Of a stretch of DNA of 64,000 nucleotides, positions 30,735 to 43,036 are shown piece after piece (positions within the stretch are counted from its first letter, which is position 1; each line of letters opens with the position of its first letter). The stretch comes from Tetramitus jugosus (Eukaryota > Protista > Heterolobosea). A program made the position numbers and the translations under genes. The stretch covers positions 404,238-468,237 of the forward strand of contig OW569374.1 of the NCBI GenBank assembly GCA_937625935.1, given 5' to 3'. The notes below the pieces were generated by a model that saw only the letters and a program-made list of their open reading frames with translations, ran no database searches and was not told where the DNA came from.

Positions 30735-32712
30735 ATGAGTCAAGTACCACCAAATGACGAACAACAGCAGCAGCAAGAACAACTTGAACGACAAGTTGAC
30801 ACAACAGAAGAACAACATGTCGAATCAACAATAATAACAACCAAATCTGTAACAACAACAACATCATTGATGATGAGAAAACGAAGACAAACACAAAGTA
30901 ATTTGGCGCCAAATATTGATTTTGCCAAATTGGAGATTCCAAACGACAGAGAAGCTCTCGTCATTCTCGTCAAGAAATTAGTCAAAGGTACAAACTATTT
31001 CCCTTATGATCAATACCTTTTCTTTGGATTGGACATTGAAGTCATCTAACTAACTAAAATTTTAATCTAAAATAACAAAATATAGAAAATGAAAAGCTAA
31101 AGAGGAGAATCGCAGAGCTACAACATGTTGATGACGAAGAAAATGAAAATGAAAATGAAGAAGAAAATGACGATCATCATCACCATAAGCTAAAGTTCGA
31201 ACAAGAGCGGTCACATGAACAAGAAGCTAAAAAAGAAGAATTAGCAAAGGCAACAAAACATGAAGAAGAAGAAGAAGAAGAGACTGTGGCAATGACATCG
31301 GACATGGTACGAGTACCCTATCACAATCCACAATTCAGAGCTTCTTATCCCTTCTTGTACCACCATGGTCATCATGATCATAACAATAGTAACCATGAAG
31401 ATGAAGAATTGGAAGAGTTATTGGACGAGGATGATTTGTCATCTGATACGACAACATCCACCAATGTATCATCGACTGGCAATCCACAAAAGTCAGTGTA
31501 CAAATCACCTGAACAATGCTTCCAATTCGTGCTTGAAAAGATGAAAAAAATGAAAATTTCACCCTCTCAAAACAATACTAACAATAATACGAATAATCGG
31601 GATAGTATGAGTCATAATAATATGGCATCTCATGTCAATATATCAAAAATGGAACAAGTGGCAAGAATGTTGAGCAATGCTCAATTACTGCAATCGACTT
31701 TTCTGAGCGTAGATATGGAAGGAACGAATCAGACGATGAATTCTGTGATGGCAATGTATGAAAACAATGAATCGATTGAATCGAAGGAACAAATATCGAA
31801 ATTACAAGTGTTGAGTCACATGATGAACAGTACGAACATGGATTTGAATAGTAGCAGTAGTAGTGGTAGTAGTGGTGGCGGCAACAGTGGAAGTGCAAAC
31901 AAATTAAAAATCAAGTTGGTGATTGTCGAGCAGAATCAGAGATCACACAGGATTGCACAAGCGTTTTCACCTGTTTTGAATGTGATGAATATTGCACCGA
32001 GATTTGGAACGTTTCATTCTGCGATTACAATTGGTCCGTGGTACCTCGATTGGAACAATAGTTCACTGTGTATACCTAGAAAGTGTTGTTCGAGAAATAG
32101 TGTAATGGCGATGGATATTGGTAAGGATTTGGATCAAATGGAATCTCAAAAAGTGTTGAGCATTATCGCAGAATATATTGTAGAGTGGAATACGCAGTAC
32201 AAGTACGGTATTCGAAGCAGAAATTGTCATAGATTTGTTATGGAGTTGTGTTTGCGACTAGGCATACAATTGGACTTTAATGACGGAATATTTGGAAGAT
32301 ATATGAAGGACTTGCAAAAGAATGGACGTTGTGGAACGAGAATAGAGCTCAATGAGGAATTGAAACAAAAGTTTAATAGAACACATGTTGAGTTTGAAAC
32401 TCATAAGCAATTGGATGAATTTATGAATGCTAATTCGAGGCAACTGACTGAAGAAGATGTATGTCGTAGGCCTTGTTTTTATCAATTTTAGAGTATTTAT
32501 TGTTGTCGTTCGTTTACTAAGCATGTTTGTTAATAATAACTATCCCTTAGAAAATGTTGTTGAAATCATTTGATCGAGCGTTCTGGTTAAGACACTTCGC
32601 CAACCCAATGCACTTCAAGTTTAAGCCATGTGGTTGTCCTTTCCGGAACCCAATCCACACCGGATCCATTATACAAAACGATCGACACAAGTCTCTGCAA
32701 TTCACTGAGTGA
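30735..32712 (+). CDS. PPPDE/DeSI-like permuted papain-fold protein; exons 30735-30987, 31086-32458, 32551-32712
   Basis: Introns GTACAA..CTAAC..TAG and GTATGT..CTAAG..TAG join in frame. Candidate dyad FHSAITIG ... Y..RSRNCHRFV. Last exon reads KMLLKSFDRAFWLRHF. Confidence 0.7.
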
Positions 32713-32948
32713 AGCATAACAAATGCATTTTATTTATTTTACACATGATGTGTAATAAAACAATACATCACGAGGTGATGGACATGTAATGAACAAAATA
32801 CTTGCATCGACCGTGTTCCCTCACCAAACGATCCATGTTGAATACACTGCCATTTTTCGCGCCAAAAAATACCATCGGAAATTAAAAAACTTGCCATCAA
32901 ATCACAAAAACAAACAAACTCACCACCAAAGCAAACCAAGAAATCATC

Positions 32949-33639
32949 ATGGCTCAACCATCTGCTCAAGAATACGAAATTCTTCAACAATTCCAAAAGT
33001 TAACAGAAGAACAAAACAGCATTGCCAACAAAATTGCCGAATTGGAAACTGATAAGAGAGAACATGAGTACGTTTGTTTGTTTATTGATTCATTTGTGAT
33101 ATCATAAATTGTGGATGAAACGGACAGAGTGAAGAATGTGATTTTATTGACGCTGTTTTTTTTTCTAAATGTTCCTCTACTTTTTTGAACGAATGGATGA
33201 TGATGATGATATTACCGATGACAATGATTAGATCTGTTTTGGAAGCATTGGCCAAATTGAACGATGACAGAAAGTGCTACAGATTAGTCGGTGGTGTCCT
33301 CGTGGAGAGAACCAAGGCTCAAGTTGTTCCTGCTGTGCAAGACAATGTTCAAAGTGTATGTTGGTGGCTCACTCACAGCCGATCGATATGACCAACTTCT
33401 TCTTCTTTTTTTTTGTGACAACAATAACATGTTATTGACACCTCGTTTTCACATTGTGTTTCACACTGTAGTTGGAAGACGCACTGAAAAAGCTCAATTT
33501 CGCACTGGGAGAAAAGGCTGAGGAAGTTGAAAACTTCAAGAATCAATACAAGATCCGCTTCAAGGACGAACAACAAACACAACAAAAGAAGGAAGCAAAG
33601 TCTGAGTCCTCAGATCAAAAGACTGGTGTCTTGGCTTAA
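32949..33639 (+). CDS. PFDN2: Prefoldin subunit 2; exons 32949-33067, 33232-33355, 33472-33639
   Basis: Spliced product MAQPSAQEYEILQQFQKL..KIAELETDKREHESVLEAL..DRKCYRLVGGVLVERT..TGVLA, with canonical GT-AG introns. Confidence 0.92.
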
Positions 33640-33888
33640 AGTTCCCTACTCTTGTAATAAAAAAAACAGCAAAAACAACAACAATAACAGCTCAAGTACA
33701 ATGACATAATTAATGTTGTGATATATATTATAACGTGATAATAATAATGATAGTGGGTAGTGGTCGTAGGTACGCAGATATTGTGATGATACAAGGGTTG
33801 TGCACTCTCTCTCCGTGTTGTCCATCAACGAAAAAATGCATCAATGCATCAACAACAGGCGAGAACGAGAGAGAGCAATCAATCCAAC

Positions 33889-34388
33889 TTACTCGACAGA
33901 GAGAGTCTTTCTTTCAGTCAAGACACGAATGATGGATCCCATTCCAGCCTTATCCAAAACTTCCTTGTGCCACTTGAACAATGGTGTACTGACAATCTCA
34001 CCAGACTCAAGACACTTGTACAAATATTTCATCAAAACATCCAATTGGTTAGAGTCCAAATTGGCAATTAATCCAGCAATTTCATTGTCTTTTGTGTTTG
34101 TGAGAACGTTAGCAATGGTGTCAACGGATTGTTTGAGGACATTCTTGTCCTTGCATCCAAGAGGTGGATCTTCGAGTGCAGCGACAAGTGCATTGGCCTT
34201 ATCGTTCCTATGAAGAAATCAAATATGTTAGCTTTCAATTCACTGTTTAACCAATATTGGAAAAAGCTTTTTTTTTCACGTTGTGTGGTGTTGGAGAAAA
34301 ATTGTAAAACGACGTACTTGATCATGAGGTTTCTGACCTTGTCTTCTCTGGTCTTTGCTTGACCGGCGAAATCAACATTTTCTGACAT
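33889..34388 (-). CDS. ARPC5: Arp2/3 complex subunit 5 (p16); exons 34388-34318, 34207-33889
   Basis: Manual splice (GTACGT..GCTAAC..TAG) gives ALVAALEDPP..QLDVLMKYLYKCL..LFKWHKEVLDKAGMGSIIRVLTERKT. Confidence 0.92.
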
Positions 34389-35155
34389 TGTTTTATTTGT
34401 TGGTGCTTTGGTGGTGTTGTTGGAAAGTTGTAAATGTTGTTTTGATTTTTTTTTCTGTCGCGGTAAAGCTTGAGAGTCGATGCTTGTGATCACATTGTCG
34501 ATTGACGATGACAGGACAAAACAACAGGAGACAAAGAATCACTAGGCGGAATATTATCGATTGGAAATAGATTTGATTGGAGTGTGCTTTTTGGTCAACC
34601 ATGTCACATGTCAGCGGGAGTGAACCGATTCGACCGGGCAACTACAAGAAATTGTTTTTTGGGTAAGATCCATTTATTATCTGTTAGACCTCGAGAGATC
34701 CTCTGTTGACGTCATGAACCTGAGAATCCTTTTTAATTTCTAGTTTTCTTTGTTCTAGTTGCGAGTAAATTTGAGCCTTTAGTGGCCAAAGTGGTTCAGT
34801 CATTGCCTCACTGACGTCCTCCTTTCGGACTTCTTGTTTCTTTGCAGAGTTAGGATCTGAAGTTGACTTTGGTTCGACCATGCTTTCTTTTGTTTCTTCT
34901 GTTCAAACAAGAAAGAAAAGTAGACCAACAGATCAGATTCTCCTTCTTGTTGTATTGTATTTTTATCCCCTGAAACATTGCATTCTTTTAGCACAATCAT
35001 CATGGGGTTTGTTGATATCATCTTCTTTTATGGCATCACGTCGATGGTATGACTGTGAAGAATAAGCTCTTGGCTGATTGAGTTTTCAATGGTCCCTTCA
35101 TCTAAGAATATGTTTTTACCACCGCACAACAGCAACAAAACGCGAAAAACAACAA

Positions 35156-36396
35156 ATGACGTACAACCTCAGATCTCGAACAGCTAAGCGTTCATACAAA
35201 GAAATGGAAAATGGACATGACCCCACTCCAACCAAAGAAGATTCATTGCCACAAGAGAAGAAAATCAAGGTCACAAAGCAAAAACAGAAGACAAACTCCA
35301 CAAGTGCCCAAGCTCCAACTCCAGCTACTGACCAATCAGAGTCGCTTACCACAGAATTCTCAACCTCTATCGAAAGTGAACCAGAGAGCAAAGCTAAAGA
35401 GAAATTGACTACTCCCAAAAGAACTAAAAAAGCTAAAGTTGACGATGCAAGGAGTGTATTCGTGCGACCAAGGGAAGATCTTTTGGTAAAATTACCTGAA
35501 GACTGTCTAAGAGAAGTTTTTGCTTTTCTGGGTTCGTTCGATATTTTGAAGACTGTTCCATGGCTCAATCATCGATTCTTGAATTTGATGCATCAGAGTG
35601 AACAGTTCATGGAGCAAATATTGAGAGATGTGTTTCCACAACAGAATTCAATTGAGAACTTAAAGGATAGTTATGGTATGGTTGACTCTCATTTTCAAGC
35701 ACTTAGGAAAGCGATTGAATTTGGATGCTATGGTTGTGGACCTTGGAGGCCCATGTTCCTTTTCCTGTTGTTGCTGCTTCTGTTGTAACTCTGCCCAATG
35801 AGACATCAAATTCAGAGTCATTAGTGAAGAAGGAATCATCGGACAACATAATTCCACCACAAGAAGAGGCAGACAAGCAGGAGGTGAAACAAGAGAATAC
35901 AAGCTCCAAGAAAAAGAGAAAAGCAAGAAGAAAGAAGAAACAAGCACCTCCACCATCACCTCCATCGCCACCACAAGCAGAGACATGGAAACCAAAAAGA
36001 GCGAAATCCGTTCTTTCGAGCTATAAATGTTTGTTGAGTAGTCGAAGTGTAGAGTACAAAGGTCCTACTACCATTCGATTCTGCCCCGACTGTTCCAAGA
36101 GTGGTAAATGTATCGTCACCAAAACGATTGCAAAATCCATGGGTCTGTCCGAAACAGAGGTGATGCAGTTGCCTCATTATCATCGCAGAAATCCACATTA
36201 TGCTCATGCAGCACCCATGGTGCTGTTTTCGGTTCTCAATGTGCAGAGACTAGTAACCAAGAAGACGTACCTTCGATCTCTAAAGCAGAAGAAACCTAAT
36301 CATAGTTCTACCTCAAAGAATACCTCAAAGAAGGAGCAACCATCAGAAAGTTCTTCTCAGCAGAGCAAAGAAAGCTCACAAATTAAGATTGAGTGA
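35156..36396 (+). CDS. F-box + XPA-like zinc finger/XPA_C protein with an apparent 1-nt frameshift near 35740
   Basis: F-box LLVKLPEDCLREVFAFL. CYGC lies in frame 1; CPDC..IVTKTIAK..NPHY..PMVLF (XPA_C-like) lies in the overlapping frame. Confidence 0.65.
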
Positions 36397-36449
36397 GTTC
36401 GCTTTCTTTCTGTGTCTGCTCTAACTTTTTGTGGTAACTTTTTGACTTG

Positions 36450-36496
36450 CCGCCAAAAACAAGCGCCAAAAATCTCGAAAATCTGCTGCGCCAAAA
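36450..36496. promoter_or_regulatory. Three E2F-like (S)CGCCAAAA motifs upstream of PRI1
   Basis: CCGCCAAAA at 36450 and GCGCCAAAA at 36463 and 36488, all within 75 bp of the ATG. Confidence 0.55.
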
Positions 36497-36521
36497 AAAA
36501 CGAACAAAAAAAATTGTGAAA

Positions 36522-37872
36522 ATGAAGCTACAAGAAGAGAACCTGATTGCTTTCTATACCAACTATTTCCCATATGACTCCATGTTCAAATGGTTGACCA
36601 ATGGTGATGAGTCATGTTTCAAGAAGAGGGAATTCTCATTTACAACTGAGGATGACATTTACATGCGTTACAAGTCTTTTGACAATGCAGAGCAGTTCAA
36701 GAAGGACATGCTCACAATTAAGCCAAGAAAGATTGATATCGGATCCATATTTTCAGTACCTGTACGTATTCTTTCTTTTGTTTGTGTTCTGTGACTATTG
36801 TTACAATCGAAAGAACACATGTGGTTGGTGTCAAACAGTTTTATGGAATATGGAACTTACACTTGATGTTTTATCAAATTGAATTCTCGTTCTTATTACA
36901 ATACATGACAAATGGTATGATTAGCCTCCACAACACAAGCAAGTTCAACCTGGTGTATTTGTGCCAGTGTCCAAGGAATATGTCATTGATATTGATATCT
37001 CAGATTATGACAATGTGAGATTCTGTGGTTGCAAGGATGCAAAGTACTGTGAAAAGTGTTGGCCTCTCATGCTCTGTGGAATGAAGGCATTGGATCATTT
37101 GTTGGGTCAGTGCTTTGGATTTGATCATAGACTTTGGATTTACTCTGGTAGACGTGGTGTGCATTGTTGGGTCAGTGATGACGAAGCAAGAAATTTGGAC
37201 AATGAATCACGATCTGCTGTTACAGACTTTTTACATATTTATATCGGTAATGACAAGAGTGGAAAGAAGCTGACTTTAAATACGCGATTTACTCATCCAA
37301 CTTTTGCAGTGGACTCTGAATTGTTCTCCATTTGTGAACAGTATTTTATTGACATTTACTGTGACAGAGACGCTGACCAATCCATGAACATTTTCGAGAA
37401 TAAGGACACTTGGATTCAGTTGGTTAACTTGCTGGACGGCAATGACTCCAAGCTCAAAACTGACATTTCAAACTGTATTGAGGACGCTAATGAGAATTAC
37501 TTGAATGGCGATGAAACCTGGGAAGCAATTAAGCAAGTGCTGACAAAGATGTCCAGAGTGGGTTATATTCCATATATTGTGTATTCGTTCGTGTACCCTA
37601 GACTTGATGCCAATGTGTCAAAGCAACTGAACCATTTGCTCAAGAGTCCATTCTGTGTGCATCCAAGCACCGAGTATATTTGTGTGCCAGTGAGTGGATA
37701 TGAATTCTATCCTGAGACTGATTGTCCAAGTGTTAGGGAATTGACCGAAGGAAGTGACACAGCAGCCGAGCAGTGGCAAAAATCTGTAAAGATTTTTGAG
37801 TCCCATCTGAAAAAGCTTGCCAAGCCAAAGGTTAAGAAACAAGAGAGAGACGATATGGACATTGACTTTTAA
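36522..37872 (+). CDS. PRIM1: DNA primase small (catalytic) subunit; exons 36522-36761, 36925-37872
   Basis: KREFSFT, KIDIG, KEYVIDIDISDYD, YSGRRGVHCWV and YPRLD..HLLKSPFCVHP. A GTACGT..TAG intron joins in frame. Confidence 0.95.
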
Positions 37873-38106
37873 TTTATCTATATATTTGCATGAGAATTGC
37901 CATGTGAGAATATCTCATGGCATCTTACTCAGTTCACTTTATTCCAATACAATCACTATTTTTCCTTCAACCAATTGCGTGAAACTTCTTCTCGGGAAAA
38001 TAGAGTTCAAAAAACCGACAAAAAAAACTCCAACAACCAAAAAACCAGAGTGCACTCTTGATCATCAAATATCAACCCATATTTCACTCTCTAGCATACC
38101 TTGATC

Positions 38107-40005
38107 ATGGCCTCTCTAGCCGATTTACTACCCAAACCCAAGAATCTTGCACCCAAATCGTTGGAGAACCGAGTCACACAAGCAAGCAACCACTTGAACA
38201 ACAAATCACAAACGAAACTCAATGACCAACAATCCGAATCATCATTATCATCATCAACACTGCCGCCACCACCACCTTATGGAAGTAGAGTAGGATGGAT
38301 ACCCAAGCATCCATCGGACTTTGCAGACGGAGGAGCCTACCCCGAAATTCACATGTCTCAATATCCATTGGGAATGGGCAGAAAAGACAACAACAATACG
38401 ACAAACAACAATCAACAATCACTTCGGCCTCAACAAACACTCATGAACTACACTGGTGGTGGCAACAACTCGTCCAATGCACTTGTTTCGGTCAGTCAAC
38501 AAATTGCAAAACAGGGACAGAGACAGGACAAGATTGTGTATGCAAACTATACTGATTTGATTGAGCATCAAATCGATTCATCGTCATTGGCCAAGCCCAG
38601 TGACAAGGAACTGGAGAGCAATATTCAAGACACGAAATTGGCGCTCGAAAAAATTTTACAAAAAAAAATTGGCGCCAAGACCAATCAGGCGTCAGTGGAC
38701 AATTCGGAGGACCAACCCACTTTTTTCAAATATTCCTTGTCGAATGGAACGGAGAGTCGCATTATCAAGGTATCGGAGGCTCAAGTCGATCCAATGGAAC
38801 CTGCTCGTTTTGCTCTCAAGAAGGTCCCTCGTGGACCACCTTCGCCACCTGTGCCTGTGATGCACTCACCGGATAAGAAGGCATCAAAGGAGGTGATGGA
38901 AGAGTGGAAGATTGGTCCTGCAATCTCCAGTTGGAAGAATCCAAAGGGTTACACCATTCCTCTTCATCAAAGATTGGCTGCCACTGGAAAGGATTTGAAC
39001 AGTGTTCAGATTAATGATCGATTTGCAAAGTTTGCAGAGTCATTGTACATTGCCGAGAATGAATCGAGAAAAGATATTGAACAGAGAGCTGAACTACAAA
39101 AAACAATCATGATTAAGCAACAGGAGGCAAAGGAGGAAAAGTTGAGACAGATGGCTCAGCGTGCAAGAACAGCCAGATTCGGTGGTAATGCAAACTATCA
39201 GGAGAGTGAGGACACCAGAGATGTGAGCAGAAGATCATCAATGGTGAACGCTCCAGACACTGAATCAGACTCTGATCGGTCAGCCGATGAGGACGACGAA
39301 GAGAGAAAGAGAAATCGATTGAGAGAGGAGCGAGCCAAAGAGCACAGATACGAAAAGAGAAAGAACAAGAGACGACCAGGTCAGCTGGATGATGATGAGA
39401 GAGAGATATCAGAGCGAGTTGCTCTTGGTCAAATGGCAGCCTCATCCGGTGCATTTGGAGATGAACTAGACAGTCGATTGATCAATCATGCCAGTGGATT
39501 GGACTCGGGATTTATGGCCGAAGACTCGTACAATATTTATGATCGTCCATTTAATCGTGGTAGTAGTGCGAATCAAATCTACAGACCAACCAGAGAGGCC
39601 ATGGAGTCGTACGGTGGTGGAGTGAATGACATGGAAGCGAACTTGGAGGGAGAAGGAAGTCGGTTTACAAAGAGTTTCAGAGGACGTGAAGGAGACACGG
39701 CTCGATCCTCTGGTTCTGGTCCAGTGGTTTTCGAAAGAGAACGAACTGAGTCACAACATGCTAGAGCTCCAACATCAGCACCACCATCAGATAACAATAG
39801 CAGCAAGAATAGGGGTGGCAACGATGACGACATGTTTGGTCTTGGCAAATTTATGGCTGATGCTAAGGAAGGAAAAAAGAGAACATTCGATCATATTGGC
39901 AAGAGTGGATTTATGAGAGCAACGGGAGGTTCTTCGAGTGCTAATCCTGAAGAGTACAGAGATCAAGGCAGCAAACGGAGGAAGATTGATTTCCGGAGCA
40001 AATAA
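38107..40005 (+). CDS. SNW1: SNW1/SKIP/Prp45 spliceosomal protein
   Basis: DFADGGAYPEIH..QYPLGMG, DPMEP, PRGPPSPPVPVMHSP, ISSWKNPKGYTIPL and ISERVALG. Confidence 0.95.
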   Translation: MASLADLLPKPKNLAPKSLENRVTQASNHLNNKSQTKLNDQQSESSLSSSTLPPPPPYGSRVGWIPKHPSDFADGGAYPEIHMSQYPLGMGRKDNNNTTNNNQQSLRPQQTLMNYTGGGNNSSNALVSVSQQIAKQGQRQDKIVYANYTDLIEHQIDSSSLAKPSDKELESNIQDTKLALEKILQKKIGAKTNQASVDNSEDQPTFFKYSLSNGTESRIIKVSEAQVDPMEPARFALKKVPRGPPSPPVPVMHSPDKKASKEVMEEWKIGPAISSWKNPKGYTIPLHQRLAATGKDLNSVQINDRFAKFAESLYIAENESRKDIEQRAELQKTIMIKQQEAKEEKLRQMAQRARTARFGGNANYQESEDTRDVSRRSSMVNAPDTESDSDRSADEDDEERKRNRLREERAKEHRYEKRKNKRRPGQLDDDEREISERVALGQMAASSGAFGDELDSRLINHASGLDSGFMAEDSYNIYDRPFNRGSSANQIYRPTREAMESYGGGVNDMEANLEGEGSRFTKSFRGREGDTARSSGSGPVVFERERTESQHARAPTSAPPSDNNSSKNRGGNDDDMFGLGKFMADAKEGKKRTFDHIGKSGFMRATGGSSSANPEEYRDQGSKRRKIDFRSK

Positions 40006-40065
40006 ATAATACTTGAACGACGCAACCTGATTTCGTGACAATCCTTCGATAAGCAGAAACAAGAC

Positions 40066-40311
40066 ATGACAAAAGAAGTTATCAAATCGTCGCCCAAAAA
40101 GACCTCTAAAACAGGTGGTGGTGATAGTCCTATCAACAGCAAGAAGGATACTCGCTCGAAAGATGCTACAAACGACCCCGCCAGCAAAACTCAACAACTT
40201 CTCGATAAGGAAAGGATGCGACGAGAGATCTATGCTACAAACAGAATTCTTAAAACAATAGAAACAACAAAGTGGAAAAGGCTCTGCTCCAACCATAGCT
40301 TTGGTGTCTGA
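40066..40311 (+). CDS. SVBP: Small vasohibin-binding protein (SVBP/CCDC23)-like
   Basis: QQLLDKERMRREIYATNRILKTIETTKWKRLC aligns to the recalled human SVBP core [31 protein letters not shown]. The ORF sits alone in an intergenic gap with an A-rich leader. Confidence 0.7.
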   Translation: MTKEVIKSSPKKTSKTGGGDSPINSKKDTRSKDATNDPASKTQQLLDKERMRREIYATNRILKTIETTKWKRLCSNHSFGV

Positions 40312-40432
40312 GATCACTTCTCACTGTAAAATTTTCACCTGCTCTCGTTCTGCCGCCAAAATTCATTCGAGAAAATGGTGGAATTCACAACGGACAGAAA
40401 GGAAAAATTTCAAAAAGAAAACAAACAACAAA

Positions 40433-42971
40433 ATGAAACAAAAGTCTCTTGCGTATGTGTCTTCTTTCATAGGTGTCATTATCTCTCCCATTTTCCCTTA
40501 CTGTGTTAACACACCATGATAGATCCTTCTTTCAACCAAAGAATGGTCCTGCCACACCACCAAAGAGTGAAGAGAAAAACATGAAGAAACGTAGTCGTGT
40601 CATCACCGATGACGAAGAAGATGATGAAGAAACGACTTCTTCTGTTGTTGATAATATAAAAAGACAGAAAGTATCAACACCACTCAAGAAGGAAGAAGAA
40701 TCAATCACAACACCACAGCCTTCTCCTAAATTGAAGAAGGAAATTTTGTTTGTGGGAAAACAGGTAAAGAGTGTGAAACGCAATGATGAAGATGATATGG
40801 TGGATAATGATGAAACGGATCAAGTAAATGACGATGATGAAGAAGAAGAAGCAATGATTAAATCAACGGTTCACAAGAGAAAATCGCCACTGGATGGAGA
40901 TGATTCAGAACAGGAGGAGGAAGAAGAAGAAGGTGGTGGCCTGTACTTTGACGATAGTGATATTGAAGAAGAACAGAAGGTTGAATTGGACGAAACAGAG
41001 GGAAAACCTTCCATGTTGCACAATGTTCCTTCCAAAATATTGAAAAAATCTTCCGGTAGCAACGGCAGCACACCAGTGTTTGAGTATGCAAAGTACGATG
41101 CATTGCAGGGTGCTACATGGAAGAAGGGTCAAAAAACACCATACATGTCCCTTGCAACGGTGTTTGATCAGATTGCAAACACTAGTTCTCGTATCAAGAT
41201 TACAGAGCTGCTCACAAACTTTTTCAGATCAGTTATTTGTCTCAGTCCAGAAGATTTATTGCCAAGTGTCTACCTGTGCACCAATAGGATTGCTGCATCT
41301 CATGAAGGTATCGAACTCGGTGTGGGTGATGGAATATTGTTGAAAACACTAGCTGAGGCAACAGGAAAGAATGTGAAGATTATTAGAAAGATGTATGCTG
41401 ATGAGGGTGATCTAGGAAGTGTGGCAAGGGTTGCTAGAGGAACTCAAAAGACGATGTTTCAACCAAAACCGTTGACTATCGCTGGTATATTTAAGGATTT
41501 CAGATTTATTGCAACTTCATTGGGTAAGAATTCTCAACAGAAGAAGGCCGATAAGATTAAAGCGCTCTTGGTAGCCTCTAAAGAAATGGAGCCACAGTAT
41601 ATTATTCGATCACTTCAAGGCAAGTTAAGAATTGGTTTAGGAGAAGAAACTGTTCTTGTCGCTCTCGCTCATGCCATTGTTCTAACAGGAGTTGGTCGAG
41701 GAGAACCAACACCAGTCAACAAGAGAATCAGAGTCGAAGAACTAAAAAGTGCTGAAGAAACATTAAAGATGGTGTATAGTGAGATGCCATGGTACGACAA
41801 AATTATCGAAAACCTCCTCGCTAATGGCTTTGAAAATCTGACGCAAACATGCAAACTCACCGTTGGAGTCCCTATCAGACCGATGCTTGCAAAGGCTGCC
41901 AAGGGTGTGCAAGAAATATTTGAGCGCTTTGGAAAACAAACATTTACTTGTGAGTACAAGTATGATGGTGAACGTCAGCAAATTCACATAATGGAGGACG
42001 GAACGATTAAACTCTATAGTAGAAATCTTGAGGATACCACTGGAAAGTTTCCTGACGTCATTAGCATGGTTCCTGGAGTGATGAGCCCAACTACCAAGAG
42101 CGCTATATTGGATTGTGAGGTAGTTGCTTATGATGCTGTCGAAGAAAAGATTAAGCCCTTCCAAATATTGAGCACCAGAGCCAGAAAGAACATTTCCATT
42201 GCAGATATCAAAGTCCAAGTTTGTATATTTGCTTTCGATCTGCTGTATCTGAATGGAGAGTCATTACTGAAAAAGTCACTAAAGGAGAGACGTGAGAAAC
42301 TATACTCTAGCTTCCAGGCAACGAATGCCAAATTCCAATTTGCTGTTCATCTTGACTCGAGTGACACAGAAGAGATTCAAGAATTCTTGTCTGAAGCTGT
42401 TCGTTCAAACTGTGAAGGTTTAATCGTCAAGAGTTATGAACACGACGCGTCATATGAACCCTCGAGAAGAACGTTCAACTGGCTCAAGTTAAAGAAGGAT
42501 TATATTAAAGGACTTGGCGACTCCTTGGATTTGGTTCCAATCGGTGGATATAGGGGAAAAGGAAAACGTACGGGTGTATATGGTGGTTTCTTGTTGGCAT
42601 GCTATGATCCTGACTCGGAATCATATCAAAGCATCTGTAAGATTGGCACAGGTTTTTCTGATGAAAATCTGAAAACCTTTTCTCAGCAACTGGATGCCTT
42701 CAAGATTGATGGACCAAAGTCGTACTATTCTTACGCCGACGCACATGAGCCCGATGTTTGGTTCGATGTCAAGCAAGTATGGGAGATTTTGGCTGCCGAT
42801 CTCACACTATCTCCAACGCATACGGCTGGTATCGGTATCATTGCTGATAATAGAGGTATTGCACTTCGGTTCCCACGTTTCATCCGAGTCAGAACCGACA
42901 AGGAACCAGATGAGGCAACGACTGGAGAACAGGTTGCTGACATGTACAAAAAGCAAGCTAGTTTGCTCTAA
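40433..42971 (+). CDS. LIG1: DNA ligase I; micro-exon 40433-40452 plus exon 40523-42971
   Basis: EYKYDGERQQIH, FAFDLLYLNG, CEGLIVK, WLKLKKDY and LRFPRFIRVR. Splicing creates the N-terminal PIP box MKQKSLASFF. Confidence 0.96.
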
Positions 42972-43036
42972 TAAATACAAACAGCTATTATTCTCATTCG
43001 AGATCTTCCATTTATGCACTATCCTGGGTAGACTAT

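Noticed and set aside
34684-35021. Short minus-strand ORFs between ARPC5 and the F-box gene
   Set aside because: No recognisable motif or convincing splice model. A small gene cannot be excluded.
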